This document shows, piece after piece, positions 1 to 10,144 of a stretch of DNA of 30,244 nt. Numbering within the stretch: the stretch's first letter is position 1; each line of letters opens with the position of its first letter. Position numbers and translations under genes: made by a program. Source of the stretch: a virus (taxonomy: Duplodnaviria > Caudoviricetes); IMG/VR virus record IMGVR_UViG_3300016474_000557, positions 1 to 30,244 of that record; one strand, 5' to 3'. Below the pieces are notes generated by a model. It made no database searches and had not been told where the DNA came from. It saw only the letters and a list, made by a program, of their open reading frames with translations.

Positions 1-52
1 ACGGAAACGTCAGTGGGTGAAGAACCAGCGGCGGGCTTGGGAAGTCCAGGCA

Positions 53-1837
53 TCAGGCAGCGATGTCTCCTTCAAGGATGTACGTGTCAGCAGCAACGCA
101 GATGATCGAAGCCTTGCTGTACTGGGCACGAGTCTTGAGGCCGGGGGTGCCGTTCACGGTGGGGCCACCGGTCGCAGACACTGTGATCTGGCCAGCGCCA
201 CGCTGGATGATGTCGATGCGCTGACCGGCCACCATGTCCAACCCGGTGGTCAGGCTGAGGGTCACAGCGGAGCCGCTCGTGGTGGCAATGAGGTTGCCGA
301 TGTCGGAGTTGAGAACCGTGTAGGTGCCAGATGCGGAGACGGTTGTAATGGTCTGAGAAGCGGACCAAGGTCCAGTGATACCGCCAGTAAAGGAGGTGTC
401 GGTACCGAGAGAGGCACAGATGATCCAACGAGAGTAGATAGCTCCTGGAATGACGCTGAACGACGTACCGGAGCCGATAGAAGAGGTAGTAGACGTAGAC
501 GCCGCACCTGTGGTGGAGGTGCTCTGCGAAGAGGTGTTCAGGCCAGACGTAGCGTTGACCGTTACGGTGTGAGTGTGGGAACCCTGAGCATCGCTGTTAC
601 CTGCATACGAGGGCACGTCGATGGCGTGCACGTGGGCACCGCCAGTCGGAGTCACTGACTCCTGCACCCAGTTCTTGTCGTTGGCCGTGAAGCCAGAAGT
701 GAACTGTAGGTAAGTGCCTTCTGGGTTGAGTAGGAACGCAAGACCGAAAGCGTTGTAGTTGTGAGCGTGGGTGCCAGCGGACGCCGTGTTGAACGAAGCG
801 TGGTCGTGAGCGATGCTGTGTGAGTGGCTACCTTGCGTGTCTGTAGTCGCCGTGTGGGAGTGGTCCACTCCGTGCGTGTGCGCAAACCCGTGAGTGTGAG
901 CGAAGTCGTGCGTGTGGGCAGGAAGGTTTGCGGTCACAAGAGTGACGCTGTCCGCTCCCACTGCAACGCCCACGTTGCTTGTGCTGGTCGTGCCACGGAT
1001 GAAGAGGTTGTTGTAGTTGGGGACGTTGAAGGTACCGCCTGATCCACCATGAACATATCCGTACTCTGCAAACAGGGCGGGGTACGAAGTGGTGGACAGC
1101 GCTTGACCGTTGGCTTCTACATAACCAGAAGGCACAGCGCCGGTTGACGGCCAAAGAACGGCAGCACCGATGGGTGTGTGGGGGCCGACGTTCTGCGCAA
1201 GCTCAATCCAGGGGCCGGTATCGGTCTTCACGTACACGCCAGAGGACGTACCAGACGGCGTGCCGGTCTTGTAGTAGAGGCTGCCGGTACCGGAACCGTA
1301 ACCGGATGCAGGGACGGAAGCGCCCTGATCTGGAATGGAGGTGGTGACGGTTACTCGCTTGTCCACAATGCGAGAACCGGTGATCGTTGCACTGCCGGAA
1401 CGGTACACCGCCGCCAGCACTACGTCCGTAGAGAAGTCTACGTTGGTAGTGGGCGACGGCGAACCGATCAGAACAGAGGCCGACTTCGGATAGGAGGGGT
1501 TCGTAGCACTGTCGTCGCCCTTGACTGCTGTCAAAGTAGCAACGCCGCCTGACACCCTCGCAACGACAATGTCGAAGCGGTTGTCTGCGGGGGCAGTAGG
1601 CATACCGAACGAGGAGTTGGCGCTGACGGTGTACGAGACACCGTTCAACGTCACCACACCGGCTGCAACGCTGACGGAGTTGTTGGTGCCGTTGGTCGTT
1701 ACGGCACACCCAGATACCACGCCGGAACCACGGACACTGAGGATCTCAAAGTCCAGAGCGTCCGGTTCAGCCTGGTCAAGGGCTTCGTACTTGTTGCCAC
1801 CAGAGGTGTCCCCGGCGTTCGGAATGATGAGTGACAC
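53..1837 (-). CDS. Tail fibre-like virion protein with phage tail-collar domain
   Basis: Collar motif PIGAAVLWPST..VPSGYVEANGQ..YPALF..G..FNVPN..FIRG followed by many HxH repeats; Gly/Ser/Thr-rich beta-type composition. Confidence 0.8.
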   Translation of the reverse strand: MSLIIPNAGDTSGGNKYEALDQAEPDALDFEILSVRGSGVVSGCAVTTNGTNNSVSVAAGVVTLNGVSYTVSANSSFGMPTAPADNRFDIVVARVSGGVATLTAVKGDDSATNPSYPKSASVLIGSPSPTTNVDFSTDVVLAAVYRSGSATITGSRIVDKRVTVTTSIPDQGASVPASGYGSGTGSLYYKTGTPSGTSSGVYVKTDTGPWIELAQNVGPHTPIGAAVLWPSTGAVPSGYVEANGQALSTTSYPALFAEYGYVHGGSGGTFNVPNYNNLFIRGTTSTSNVGVAVGADSVTLVTANLPAHTHDFAHTHGFAHTHGVDHSHTATTDTQGSHSHSIAHDHASFNTASAGTHAHNYNAFGLAFLLNPEGTYLQFTSGFTANDKNWVQESVTPTGGAHVHAIDVPSYAGNSDAQGSHTHTVTVNATSGLNTSSQSTSTTGAASTSTTSSIGSGTSFSVIPGAIYSRWIICASLGTDTSFTGGITGPWSASQTITTVSASGTYTVLNSDIGNLIATTSGSAVTLSLTTGLDMVAGQRIDIIQRGAGQITVSATGGPTVNGTPGLKTRAQYSKASIICVAADTYILEGDIAA

Positions 1838-1856
1838 GAAGTTCTCCTAGAAGGGA

Positions 1857-2063
1857 TCAGGCCATTGTGTCGTAGAGGTTCCCACGGCTCCTGAGGTATT
1901 CGAAGAGGTCGGGGGCCAGGTCGTAGCTCTGGCCATCTACGAAGTCGAAACGAGTTGCACCGAAGTACATCGTCCATGTGCCCTTGACACGGGCACGCTT
2001 GGTGGTCGGGGTCACGATGACCGGCTCCACCTGCTGGACTTCTACTGCTTGGGCTGCTGCCAT
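1857..2063 (-). CDS. Small hypothetical protein downstream of major capsid gene (probable virion protein)
   Basis: 68-aa ORF with AGGAGA RBS in the structural operon. Confidence 0.65.
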   Translation of the reverse strand: MAAAQAVEVQQVEPVIVTPTTKRARVKGTWTMYFGATRFDFVDGQSYDLAPDLFEYLRSRGNLYDTMA

Positions 2064-2119
2064 GACTAGCTTCTCCTATTGGATAGACGGTTACCAACGA
2101 AGTGTACCACGGCAACTTG

Positions 2120-2149
2120 AAAGGGGGAGGGCCGAAGCCCTCCCCCTTT
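2120..2149. terminator. Intrinsic terminator after major capsid gene
   Basis: aaagggggagggc-cgaa-gccctcccccttt perfect hairpin with A/T tails on both sides. Confidence 0.85.
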
Positions 2150-2174
2150 ACGGTTCATCTAGCCAGAGGCTAGG

Positions 2175-3251
2175 TCAGCTGATCGCACCACCAAGGGTGT
2201 TGATGATCACTCGGGACTCGTGGGTGATCACACCGAAGCCCCAGATGGCGTACCATGCGAGACCGTGCTCACGACCGAAGTCGATCACGCCACCGTCACG
2301 AAGCTCAACCGGAAGGCTGATAGCGTGACCGAAGGCGTTGTCACCGATCATAATGGCGCTGTAGGAGTTGGTGTTCGGGGTCTGCGTGCCACCGGTACCG
2401 GGGTCGATGTCGGCAGGAACGCTGAGGCCCTTCTCAACCTGAGTGGTCTCAATGAACACTACGTCGTAGATACGACCGATCTCACCGAGCATGAAGTTGC
2501 CAGGAGCGGCGTACTTCGTTACTTCGATGAACTCAGGCCAGTCACGGAGCGAACGGCTCTGGGACGGGTGCACGAAGCAGACGTAGGTGTCGCCAAGGCG
2601 AGGGATGTTCTGGCTTGCCAGCACGTTCACGGCATCCTTCACAGCAGCGGGGCTGAGGAAGCCGGGGCTTGCAGCAGTACCGAGGGTACCAGCGTCGTAC
2701 GGGCTGATGGAGCCACGAGCGGAAGCTGCGGTGCGACCGAACACGACGTTCGGAGCAACAGCGGAGCCACCACCGAACGGCACACCGTTGGAGTACAGGG
2801 TGTTACGAGCCTGAACGTCCATGCTCTGCGCCATGTGACGACCGAGCAGACGGCTGGAAGAAGCCATCACGTCATCGAAGGATGCGTTGAGCAGAAGCTC
2901 GGTGACAGCAACGGCCTTACCGTGCTCCTTCACCGTGATCTGGATCTGGCTTGCGGAAAGAGCCACAGGCTCCATACGAACACCTTCGGTGAGTTCGGAG
3001 CCGGTGCTGTCCACAGCCAGGTTGTTGTAACGCATGAAGTTGATGGTCAGACCAGGCTGAACACCAAGCTCTGTCTTCTTGACGGCGAACTGCTCGAAAC
3101 GAAGCACGGGCATCGCCTGGAACAGGATCTCCTTGGACCAGATGGTCTGGATAGCGGGAGAGAGCGAAGCGTCAGAGCTATAGCCAGTCGTGGTGACTGC
3201 GCTGAGGTCTGCACCGGTGATCGCTCCACCTGTAGGTGCGGGAAGGGCCAT
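2175..3251 (-). CDS. Major capsid protein (N4-gp56 family type)
   Basis: AIQTIWSKEILFQAMPVLRFEQFAVKKTELGV...DFGREHGLAWYAIWG, recognised as actinophage MCP; follows scaffold; GGAGG RBS; terminator downstream. Confidence 0.92.
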   Translation of the reverse strand: MALPAPTGGAITGADLSAVTTTGYSSDASLSPAIQTIWSKEILFQAMPVLRFEQFAVKKTELGVQPGLTINFMRYNNLAVDSTGSELTEGVRMEPVALSASQIQITVKEHGKAVAVTELLLNASFDDVMASSSRLLGRHMAQSMDVQARNTLYSNGVPFGGGSAVAPNVVFGRTAASARGSISPYDAGTLGTAASPGFLSPAAVKDAVNVLASQNIPRLGDTYVCFVHPSQSRSLRDWPEFIEVTKYAAPGNFMLGEIGRIYDVVFIETTQVEKGLSVPADIDPGTGGTQTPNTNSYSAIMIGDNAFGHAISLPVELRDGGVIDFGREHGLAWYAIWGFGVITHESRVIINTLGGAIS

Positions 3252-3312
3252 TGTGTTTATCCTCCAGGGATACTAGGTTGAAGTTGAATGTTGAAAGACG
3301 AAGTGATTCAGA

Positions 3313-4125
3313 TCACTTCAAACCGAGCCTGCCCCTAACTTGTGCCCATTGATCCATCGGCATGGCCTTGATGTCGGCCTGCGTGATCACTTGCTGCTCC
3401 GTACCGTTGTCCATTGGCCCACCGGGAATCGCTCCAGTTGCGGAGATACCCCTCGGTCGCTGTTGTGCTTGCTGCACAAGCGGCTGTACCTTCTGCATGA
3501 TAGCAGATGAAATGGTTACAGCCCGCTGAATTGCCGCTTCGATTTCCTCGACGGTGTCGCCCTTGATAGGGTCATCATCTGCCGCAAGAAGTTCGGGAAT
3601 GATGTTCTCGGCTTCCTCACTGAGGCGACGGTTCTTGTACTGCTGGAGTTCCTGGAACTGACGCTCCTTCTCCAGCATGGCTGCACGTGCTTCGCTCTCC
3701 TGCTGGAGTGCAAGGAACTTCTGCTCCCACTCCTGCTGAGCGGTGTTGAGACGAGAAGTCAACTCGTCTTCCTTCTTGGCGATGAGGTCCTTGGCAGACA
3801 TCTCTGCCTCTTCACGCTCACGGCGTGCACGGTCCTCTGCCTCTGCTGCCTCACGTGCAAGGCGAGCAGCTTCTTCACGCTCCTTGCGGATGGTCTCAAG
3901 CTCTTCTTCCAGCTTGCTCAGCTTGTTGTAGAGCTTGTCCTTCTCTTCACGACGAGCGTGCGCCATCTCCTCTTCGGTGAACAGTCGGCTGTTCGTAGAA
4001 GAAGGAGTGGGGGGCGTGTCGCCCTTGCCGGTAACGGCGTCTGCCTCGGCCTGCATGGCTGCAAATGCGGCGTCGGTTGCGAGAGTCGTCTGAACGATCT
4101 CGTCTGCTGATTGCTTCACTGACAT
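3313..4125 (-). CDS. Capsid scaffolding protein
   Basis: Glu/Ala/Lys-rich coiled coil between portal and MCP, with a short helical C-terminal tail. Confidence 0.8.
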   Translation of the reverse strand: MSVKQSADEIVQTTLATDAAFAAMQAEADAVTGKGDTPPTPSSTNSRLFTEEEMAHARREEKDKLYNKLSKLEEELETIRKEREEAARLAREAAEAEDRARREREEAEMSAKDLIAKKEDELTSRLNTAQQEWEQKFLALQQESEARAAMLEKERQFQELQQYKNRRLSEEAENIIPELLAADDDPIKGDTVEEIEAAIQRAVTISSAIMQKVQPLVQQAQQRPRGISATGAIPGGPMDNGTEQQVITQADIKAMPMDQWAQVRGRLGLK

Positions 4126-4171
4126 TGTTAGTCCTCTATTGGTCTAGCTAATTGGGTCTGGAATGTTGTAC

Positions 4172-5869
4172 TTATGCTTCTTCGGAAGGGACCCTACGCT
4201 GTGCGAGATTCGCACCGTAGGCTCGCTGGATCAACTGGTTTACTACGTCTCCACTCGGCTGAACGCCGGGGAGGATGCCGGGACCACCACCAGGTGAACC
4301 CGTGCTGCTCACATCAGAGCCACCTGCGCTGGCGACCTCAACAGGTTCAGCGCCACCATCGGGGCCTGGAACCATGCCGGTCATCATCATAATGGCCTGT
4401 GCGATCTGTGTCTTGATCATATCAAGAGAGCCTTGGTCGAAGGCGTCATCCCGTAGCTCTTCGAAGATCTCTGCCATCTTCTCGTTCGGGAACTGCTCAC
4501 CCAATTCACGGAGAGCGCCACGCTTCGACTCAAGACCGATGGCCATCTTTGCCTGCAACTCGTTCAGCTTGATCAGCTGATCAACGGGGAGCGGCTCAGG
4601 CCAGTGGATCTCGGTACGGTAGGTGTTGGGGTCGGCGGGGTCCAGCTGCGTCAGCTGGTCCGACTCAGGAAGGGATGCCACACGCTCGTCCCACAGCAAC
4701 GACTCTGGCTCGTGAACAGCCTGGGTGCGGATGATGAGTTCGTTGAGGCGCTTCAATCCCTTGGTGAAGTGCGCCTTCTTCATCGTGTAACGGTTCATCA
4801 TCGGCTGGTACTGGATCGCCAGTGCCACGCCGGATGTGTTGGAGATGGGCTGGGTCTGACCGAGGGCGCTTTCAGGCACACCAGTGATCTCGTGCATCGT
4901 CATCTTGAGGAACTGGATGTACTCCATAGCGCCACCCATCTCGCCCCTGGACTCCAGGTTGAAGACGTTGGCGTCCTTGGGTAGACCTGCCCACACCTTC
5001 TTGGCTCCACGCTCAAGCTGGCTGGCCTTGGCTCCAGTGATGATGGTCACGGGGGCGCTGTGGTAGTTGATGATGTCCGAGACCTCGGTCATCTTCTCGT
5101 TCAGTTCACGATTCAGGGAGATGATGTCCCAGATGTCAGACTGGCCCCACGGGCTGGAAGAGATGGTCACATTCGGGATGTGCACGATGGGCACGGTGCC
5201 GATGGGGTTCGGGTACTGGTCGATCAACTCGTCGTTGATGTACTGCTCCACGGCGTCGTCGGTGAGGATCTCAGTGAAGGTGTAGACCTGACGAGTACCC
5301 TCGGGGCTGGTGCCCCAGAAGCGGTACTTGAGCTTGAAGCGCAGCATGCGGTCACGGTCATGCGGGTGATACTCGGGGAAGCAGTGAGCCGGGTTGAGCG
5401 GAATGATGCGGGTACGTCCAGCATGGTAGACACCAATACTGTCGATCCACGGCTCTTCATAGGCCACCTTCACGAAGCAGTCGCCCGTCACACCGGCAAG
5501 CTGACCCATCTCCCAGAGGATCATGTTCTTGTCGTTGTCCTGTTCCCAGACCTTCTGGAGAAGGTGGGGGATGATCGCCCCGTTCTCCTCTGGGCAACGG
5601 AAGTGCACGCCCTTGCCGAAGCAGAAGTTGGTGATGTAGTCGGACATGGTGCGGGTGTAGTTCAGCGTGATCTGCTGCTCACCCATCTCACGACGGTGAC
5701 TCCAGTGATGGCCAAGGTACCAAGCCCACTCTGCCGCATAGCGGTTCAGGCGGGGGCCGTGGACTTCGAACTCCTCATCTGCAAGCTCCACCAGGCCCAA
5801 CGGCGAAATAGCGACCGCAAGGTCGCTTGAAGAGGCTCTATAGCTGGGGGAGAAGAAGTCAACAGGAAT
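4172..5869 (-). CDS. Portal protein (probable ATT start at 5869; first canonical start at 5800)
   Basis: SPP1-like portal features (WEMGQLAGVTGDCFVKV, PWGQSDI, SNTSGVAL); located between terminase and scaffold; AAGGAG lies 7 nt upstream of an in-frame ATT. Confidence 0.88.
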   Translation of the reverse strand: MPVDFFSPSYRASSSDLAVAISPLGLVELADEEFEVHGPRLNRYAAEWAWYLGHHWSHRREMGEQQITLNYTRTMSDYITNFCFGKGVHFRCPEENGAIIPHLLQKVWEQDNDKNMILWEMGQLAGVTGDCFVKVAYEEPWIDSIGVYHAGRTRIIPLNPAHCFPEYHPHDRDRMLRFKLKYRFWGTSPEGTRQVYTFTEILTDDAVEQYINDELIDQYPNPIGTVPIVHIPNVTISSSPWGQSDIWDIISLNRELNEKMTEVSDIINYHSAPVTIITGAKASQLERGAKKVWAGLPKDANVFNLESRGEMGGAMEYIQFLKMTMHEITGVPESALGQTQPISNTSGVALAIQYQPMMNRYTMKKAHFTKGLKRLNELIIRTQAVHEPESLLWDERVASLPESDQLTQLDPADPNTYRTEIHWPEPLPVDQLIKLNELQAKMAIGLESKRGALRELGEQFPNEKMAEIFEELRDDAFDQGSLDMIKTQIAQAIMMMTGMVPGPDGGAEPVEVASAGGSDVSSTGSPGGGPGILPGVQPSGDVVNQLIQRAYGANLAQRRVPSEEA

Positions 5870-5918
5870 GGTACTACTCCTTAGCTGTCGTACTTCGAAA
5901 GTGTATCAGAAGGACCCT

Positions 5919-6149
5919 TCACAGGTATCGATTTGCTCCCCACCACTCTGGGTCAGAGTATGCGTAAGAGAAGCCCTGGGATTCGGCCATCTCAGTGAAG
6001 TCAATAGCACCTGGTAGTGGGGACGGCTTGGCCTCCACCGACACGACGAAGGATACGGGAGGATCTGCGGGGGCGCTCTTGAGTGACGCCACCTCGGCCT
6101 CTAGGGCTTCAATACGCTCCAAGAGGTCAGCTACCGTCAGCCGTGCCAT
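5919..6149 (-). CDS. Small coiled-coil hypothetical protein
   Basis: MARLTVADLLERIEALEAEVASLK heptad pattern; overlaps the end of the upstream gene. Confidence 0.6.
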   Translation of the reverse strand: MARLTVADLLERIEALEAEVASLKSAPADPPVSFVVSVEAKPSPLPGAIDFTEMAESQGFSYAYSDPEWWGANRYL

Positions 6150-7290
6150 ACAGCTTCCCATTGTACAGGGCTACGCCGTCCTGGATGTCTACTTGGTGGT
6201 AGAAGAAGCGGTGGTCCCCGCTGTCCTCGTAGTGCACCACGGCGAGACCCTGCTGCCAGTCTTCGACAACAGTCATGGGACGACCGTGTAGGTCCAGACC
6301 GCCCTTGGTGCTGGGGACGCTGCCGTCGCACTTCGCCAAGCAGCCGGGGGTCGCAGCCATGATGGTGCGAGCGCCCTCCCATTTCACGAAGGTCTTGGCT
6401 GCATACTCACGACGGTGGATGTGTCCGTAGATCACGCTGGTCTTGTGGTTGTTGAGATACACGTGGGCGGTGCTACCGCTGGACTTCACTCGGTCACCGT
6501 GGATAACACGGAGGCGCTCGTTGATCCAGAAGTCGTTCGCAGGATACCCCTCTAGGTATGTCACTCCCGACTCGTCCAGACGGCACAGGTGGGGGACGCT
6601 CAGGACGGGGAAGCTCTCAGGACGTGCGCCCTGGCGTAGCCCGAACGCAGCAGAGGCGTTATCCAACAGGTAGTTGACGAGTCGCTCTTCGTGGTTTCCA
6701 GCTAACCAGACGCACTTGGCCTCGGGGGCAGCTGCACGGAGCCGGAACATGAGTTCCGTGGTGTAGTCGATAGCGGGCTGGATCGTGCGGTAGAAGGCGG
6801 GGCTGAGACGGTACTTGCCCATCTCAGGAAGGTCCAGGTTGTCTCCGACTAGGACGATGAGGTCAGGCTGGATGTCCTGGATCATGGCGACCGACAGGTC
6901 AATGGCGGTCTCGTCGTGAGTGGAGACCAGCCTCTCGTTCTTGTCGAAGTAGTACCCGATCTGCATGTCGGGGAGAACGACGCACGTCTTGAGGGCGTCG
7001 TTCGCCTTGACCTTCGTGACCTTGCTCTTGGGCAGCTTGTACTGTGGACCGGGCTGGATGACCGGCCACTCGGGTCCCTCTTCGAACTTAGGAGACAACA
7101 CGACCGACACGAGGTCCTGCGCCTGCATGTTCCCGTCAGCGTCCTTGGACCCCTGCTGGTACACCTTCACCGACTGGATGCGATGCAGCTGTCCAACCTC
7201 TGATGGTTCGATACCGTTTCGTTCTAGAAGCTCTCGGACAGCACCGATGCCTACAGCAAAGTCAACGTCATGGGCGATGGTCACAAACAC
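6127..7290 (-). CDS. Calcineurin-like metallophosphoesterase
   Basis: Motifs PDMQ, GDNLD, GNHE, IHGD, GHIH in canonical order. Confidence 0.85.
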   Translation of the reverse strand: MFVTIAHDVDFAVGIGAVRELLERNGIEPSEVGQLHRIQSVKVYQQGSKDADGNMQAQDLVSVVLSPKFEEGPEWPVIQPGPQYKLPKSKVTKVKANDALKTCVVLPDMQIGYYFDKNERLVSTHDETAIDLSVAMIQDIQPDLIVLVGDNLDLPEMGKYRLSPAFYRTIQPAIDYTTELMFRLRAAAPEAKCVWLAGNHEERLVNYLLDNASAAFGLRQGARPESFPVLSVPHLCRLDESGVTYLEGYPANDFWINERLRVIHGDRVKSSGSTAHVYLNNHKTSVIYGHIHRREYAAKTFVKWEGARTIMAATPGCLAKCDGSVPSTKGGLDLHGRPMTVVEDWQQGLAVVHYEDSGDHRFFYHQVDIQDGVALYNGKLYGTADGS

Positions 7291-7552
7291 ACACCTCTCG
7301 TACGTGGTCGGATACCACCGTCTTACCTACGGCATAGCCGTTACCAGTGACAACATCGTGCAACCACTGGATAGTGAACTGATCGTCGGGGCGAGAGCGG
7401 TTACGAGCGTCTCGCACGAGCGTGATGGCAGTGAGGAGAGCGTCGAACTCGTCAGGGTTCTCTTCATTGAGATCGTCCAAGAGGATGCCGAGCTTGCACC
7501 TCTTTGCAGAGGGCCTGTTCCTACGCTTGTTGAGTTCCTCTCTGATACTCAC
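7268..7552 (-). CDS. Hypothetical protein (possible Cys/His zinc site)
   Basis: 94-aa ORF coupled to the phosphoesterase; N-terminal C plus C-terminal H..CxC. Confidence 0.65.
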   Translation of the reverse strand: MSIREELNKRRNRPSAKRCKLGILLDDLNEENPDEFDALLTAITLVRDARNRSRPDDQFTIQWLHDVVTGNGYAVGKTVVSDHVREVCVCDHRP

Positions 7553-7633
7553 ACACGCTTCCGATCAGTAGACGGATGGAAGCCATTAGCCTACACCATC
7601 GGACGACGCCGTGTCCAGCATCCCGGTGCCGGA

Positions 7634-8146
7634 TTAGCGACGGATCTTCGTGCGCTTGGAAGAGGGGGCCTTGGGACCAGTGGACTCGGGGAAGATCCAT
7701 GCGGCGTCCTTGGTCGTCAGCGCACGCTTACTGTGGCCTGCGCCTTCCGTGTAGTTCGGGTTGTCAAGATCGCCCTCGTACCCTTCACCGATCACACCAA
7801 TGGCCTGCTGGTTGGTGGAGGCGGCGTCCAGCTTCGCCTTCGTGCGGGAGCCACGCTCTCCACGAGGATACGCACGAGAAGGCTCTACAGAGGCACGGGT
7901 CGGGTTGGAACCCCGCCAACCGCCGAGGTACATGTCGGGCGGCGAGAGCCGGTCGTAGTTCTGAACGGCATAGTCACGAAGCTGACCGCCTGTGATCTCA
8001 CCGGGCGGGAAGTCGTGACCACCCTGGCCGACCATGTAGGAGTGCTTGGCGTCGTTACCTGCGCCGGGGCCTGCCACCTTGTGGCTGAACCCGCCGTCTT
8101 CGTTGATGGCCTGTGCAAGCCTGTCGAACTGATTGGATAGCTTCAC
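7634..8146 (-). CDS. Hypothetical protein with N-terminal LSNQF tag
   Basis: GTGA overlap with upstream gene; YLGGW..SVEPS...NQQAI core. Confidence 0.7.
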   Translation of the reverse strand: MKLSNQFDRLAQAINEDGGFSHKVAGPGAGNDAKHSYMVGQGGHDFPPGEITGGQLRDYAVQNYDRLSPPDMYLGGWRGSNPTRASVEPSRAYPRGERGSRTKAKLDAASTNQQAIGVIGEGYEGDLDNPNYTEGAGHSKRALTTKDAAWIFPESTGPKAPSSKRTKIRR

Positions 8147-8577
8147 GACCCCATCTCCCTTTCTCGTTGAGCTTGCTGGTACGCACGCATCCTAGCACGA
8201 GCGCCAGGCGTGTTGTCAACGTAGTTGGTAGGAAGATACACCGGCTTTCCAGTGTCACGCTCAACCGCAGCAGCAGCAGCGACTCGGTGGTGTCCCTCGG
8301 ACTGTACATGGCGCACGCTCTTACCGTCAGGCGACTCTTCGAAGATGATCGTAGCGGGGCTGTTCACTCCCTTGAAGTGGTTGTACCCCTCGGACTTGAG
8401 AGAGTCGTAGACGCCTGCACCGTGTCGGCCACTTGCTGCGGGGGCACGGGACTCTTGCTCCTTCTGGGGCCAGATGTGCTCCAGCGGGCCGTCCGTGGAG
8501 TGGGTTACAAAGTCCTGCCACTCCGTGCCGGTCATAAAGAGCTTAAGCTGATCGGGGTTGAGCGCTCGCTTACTCAT
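8143..8577 (-). CDS. ParB/Srx-like domain protein
   Basis: DSLKSEG...PATI...EGHHRVAAA...LP pattern; N-terminal LNPDQLKLFM. Confidence 0.7.
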   Translation of the reverse strand: MSKRALNPDQLKLFMTGTEWQDFVTHSTDGPLEHIWPQKEQESRAPAASGRHGAGVYDSLKSEGYNHFKGVNSPATIIFEESPDGKSVRHVQSEGHHRVAAAAAVERDTGKPVYLPTNYVDNTPGARARMRAYQQAQREREMGS

Positions 8578-9836
8578 CAGAAGTCCAATCCGTACTTCTG
8601 AGCAATAGGGCTACGGTTGTCACGAGTCATAGTCCTAGAGGACGACGGGGCTGTTGGGGGAGCAGGCACAGCTGACTGATTGATAGCGAGGGTGTTGGGG
8701 TCTAGCAAACGGGGAGCGTCACTAGTAGCCACGCTGCGACTCTTCTGGCCCACCCATTCAGCAGCCTGTTCGTTGGGAGGCAGTTGGCGGTGTCTAAGAG
8801 CCGCACGTCGGCCTGTCATTGCGACAGCATCGTACACACCGCGGCGTTGGAACTCCTTGGAGTTGTTATCCATGCCAACGACCTTGGCGTCGTGACGGTC
8901 CACAGCGTAAGCCTGCGCCGCCATGTGGCGAACGACAGGATCGACGTGCGAGAGGTTGAGAGACGCTTCGAAGTTAGGAGTCTTCTGGCTGAGCGGACTC
9001 TGCACACTGAACGCACCGCCCCGATCACCGTGTCGGTAGTTGTGCACGGCAGCACGGCCTACGGCTTCTGGAAGAACACCACCAGAGGCACGAATGGAAG
9101 AAGCCTTCTGGTAAGCGTCGTCTTCATCCGCAGCAGAACGAGACGATAGGAGAGCGTGCTTGGCAGCCTGCACGTTGACGTACTCGCCAGTCTGATCATC
9201 TTGCCAGGTAGCCTGTGGGGACGAGATAGCGGTGGCACGAGTCATGGCTCCGGTTGAGAATCCGTGCACCGCAGCAGTCTGCTGAATGATAGCCGGGGCG
9301 TGACCTAGCGAACCGTCGTGGCTGCCTGAGGAATCGGTACCCTCGTACCAGTCAGCGTGACCCACTGCTCTGTAGGCAGACTCTCGGGACGCCATCATGT
9401 CAGCAAAGTGGCCTTGACCAGTCACTGTACCATTGGAGTCACGAGCGGTGGCAACGCCTTGAAGGGCTGCTTTCTTCTGCTTGACGTTGAGGTTCGGCAT
9501 GAAACCCGGCTGCGCAGCGAGGCCCATCGTGTCCTTACCCTTGACGTTGACACGGCCAGACGGAACACCCATTGCCTCAGCGGTCTCGTTGGTCAACGAC
9601 GTAGTCTGACGAGGAGCGACCTTGTTCACATCAAAGAGGGCACCTTGATTGGGGTCGTACTGATCGCTCGTCTCAGACCACACCTGATTGGGGTGGTGAG
9701 GTTCGATGTGGTTGTCGTTGAGGATCTCAGACCAGGCGGTGGGGCGCACAGCATCACGGGGCGCTACTCGCCCCGTCTTCAATCCACGCTGACGCTCCTG
9801 GCCTTGGTAGAAGCCAGGTACTAGATCCTCAGCCAT
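8577..9836 (-). CDS. Hypothetical protein with DUF7178-like (HhH-related) C-terminal domain
   Basis: WY...SPQATW..N...KTPNF...VDRH...Y...QAAEW motif order; family call made from memory. Confidence 0.5.
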   Translation of the reverse strand: MAEDLVPGFYQGQERQRGLKTGRVAPRDAVRPTAWSEILNDNHIEPHHPNQVWSETSDQYDPNQGALFDVNKVAPRQTTSLTNETAEAMGVPSGRVNVKGKDTMGLAAQPGFMPNLNVKQKKAALQGVATARDSNGTVTGQGHFADMMASRESAYRAVGHADWYEGTDSSGSHDGSLGHAPAIIQQTAAVHGFSTGAMTRATAISSPQATWQDDQTGEYVNVQAAKHALLSSRSAADEDDAYQKASSIRASGGVLPEAVGRAAVHNYRHGDRGGAFSVQSPLSQKTPNFEASLNLSHVDPVVRHMAAQAYAVDRHDAKVVGMDNNSKEFQRRGVYDAVAMTGRRAALRHRQLPPNEQAAEWVGQKSRSVATSDAPRLLDPNTLAINQSAVPAPPTAPSSSRTMTRDNRSPIAQKYGLDF

Positions 9837-9843
9837 AGGGACC

Positions 9844-10137
9844 TCAGCCCCCTCTGTTCTCTGGGTTCGGCTCTCGTGGGGTGGGTCTCACGGCGTCGTA
9901 CGGATCGTCGTAAGGCTTATGGACCGGTGACTTCCATCCAAGCTTCCTGGTGTCGGTACCCTTGGGGAAGGGACGCCAGTTGTCGCTCCTGTCCAGAGAC
10001 GAGTCAAACTGGAGGCTCACCTGGTGGCCATCACCGGTAGGCGTCACTTGTGGATAGTGGTGCGTGTAAGCGCTTGGGTCGTTGTAAGGATCACGATCCT
10101 TGCCGCCACCACCTCGGAAAGTGGTCTTAACGGGCAT
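9844..10137 (-). CDS. Hypothetical protein
   Basis: 97-aa Pro/Asp-rich ORF filling the operon gap. Confidence 0.6.
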   Translation of the reverse strand: MPVKTTFRGGGGKDRDPYNDPSAYTHHYPQVTPTGDGHQVSLQFDSSLDRSDNWRPFPKGTDTRKLGWKSPVHKPYDDPYDAVRPTPREPNPENRGG

Positions 10138-10144
10138 GGGTGGA

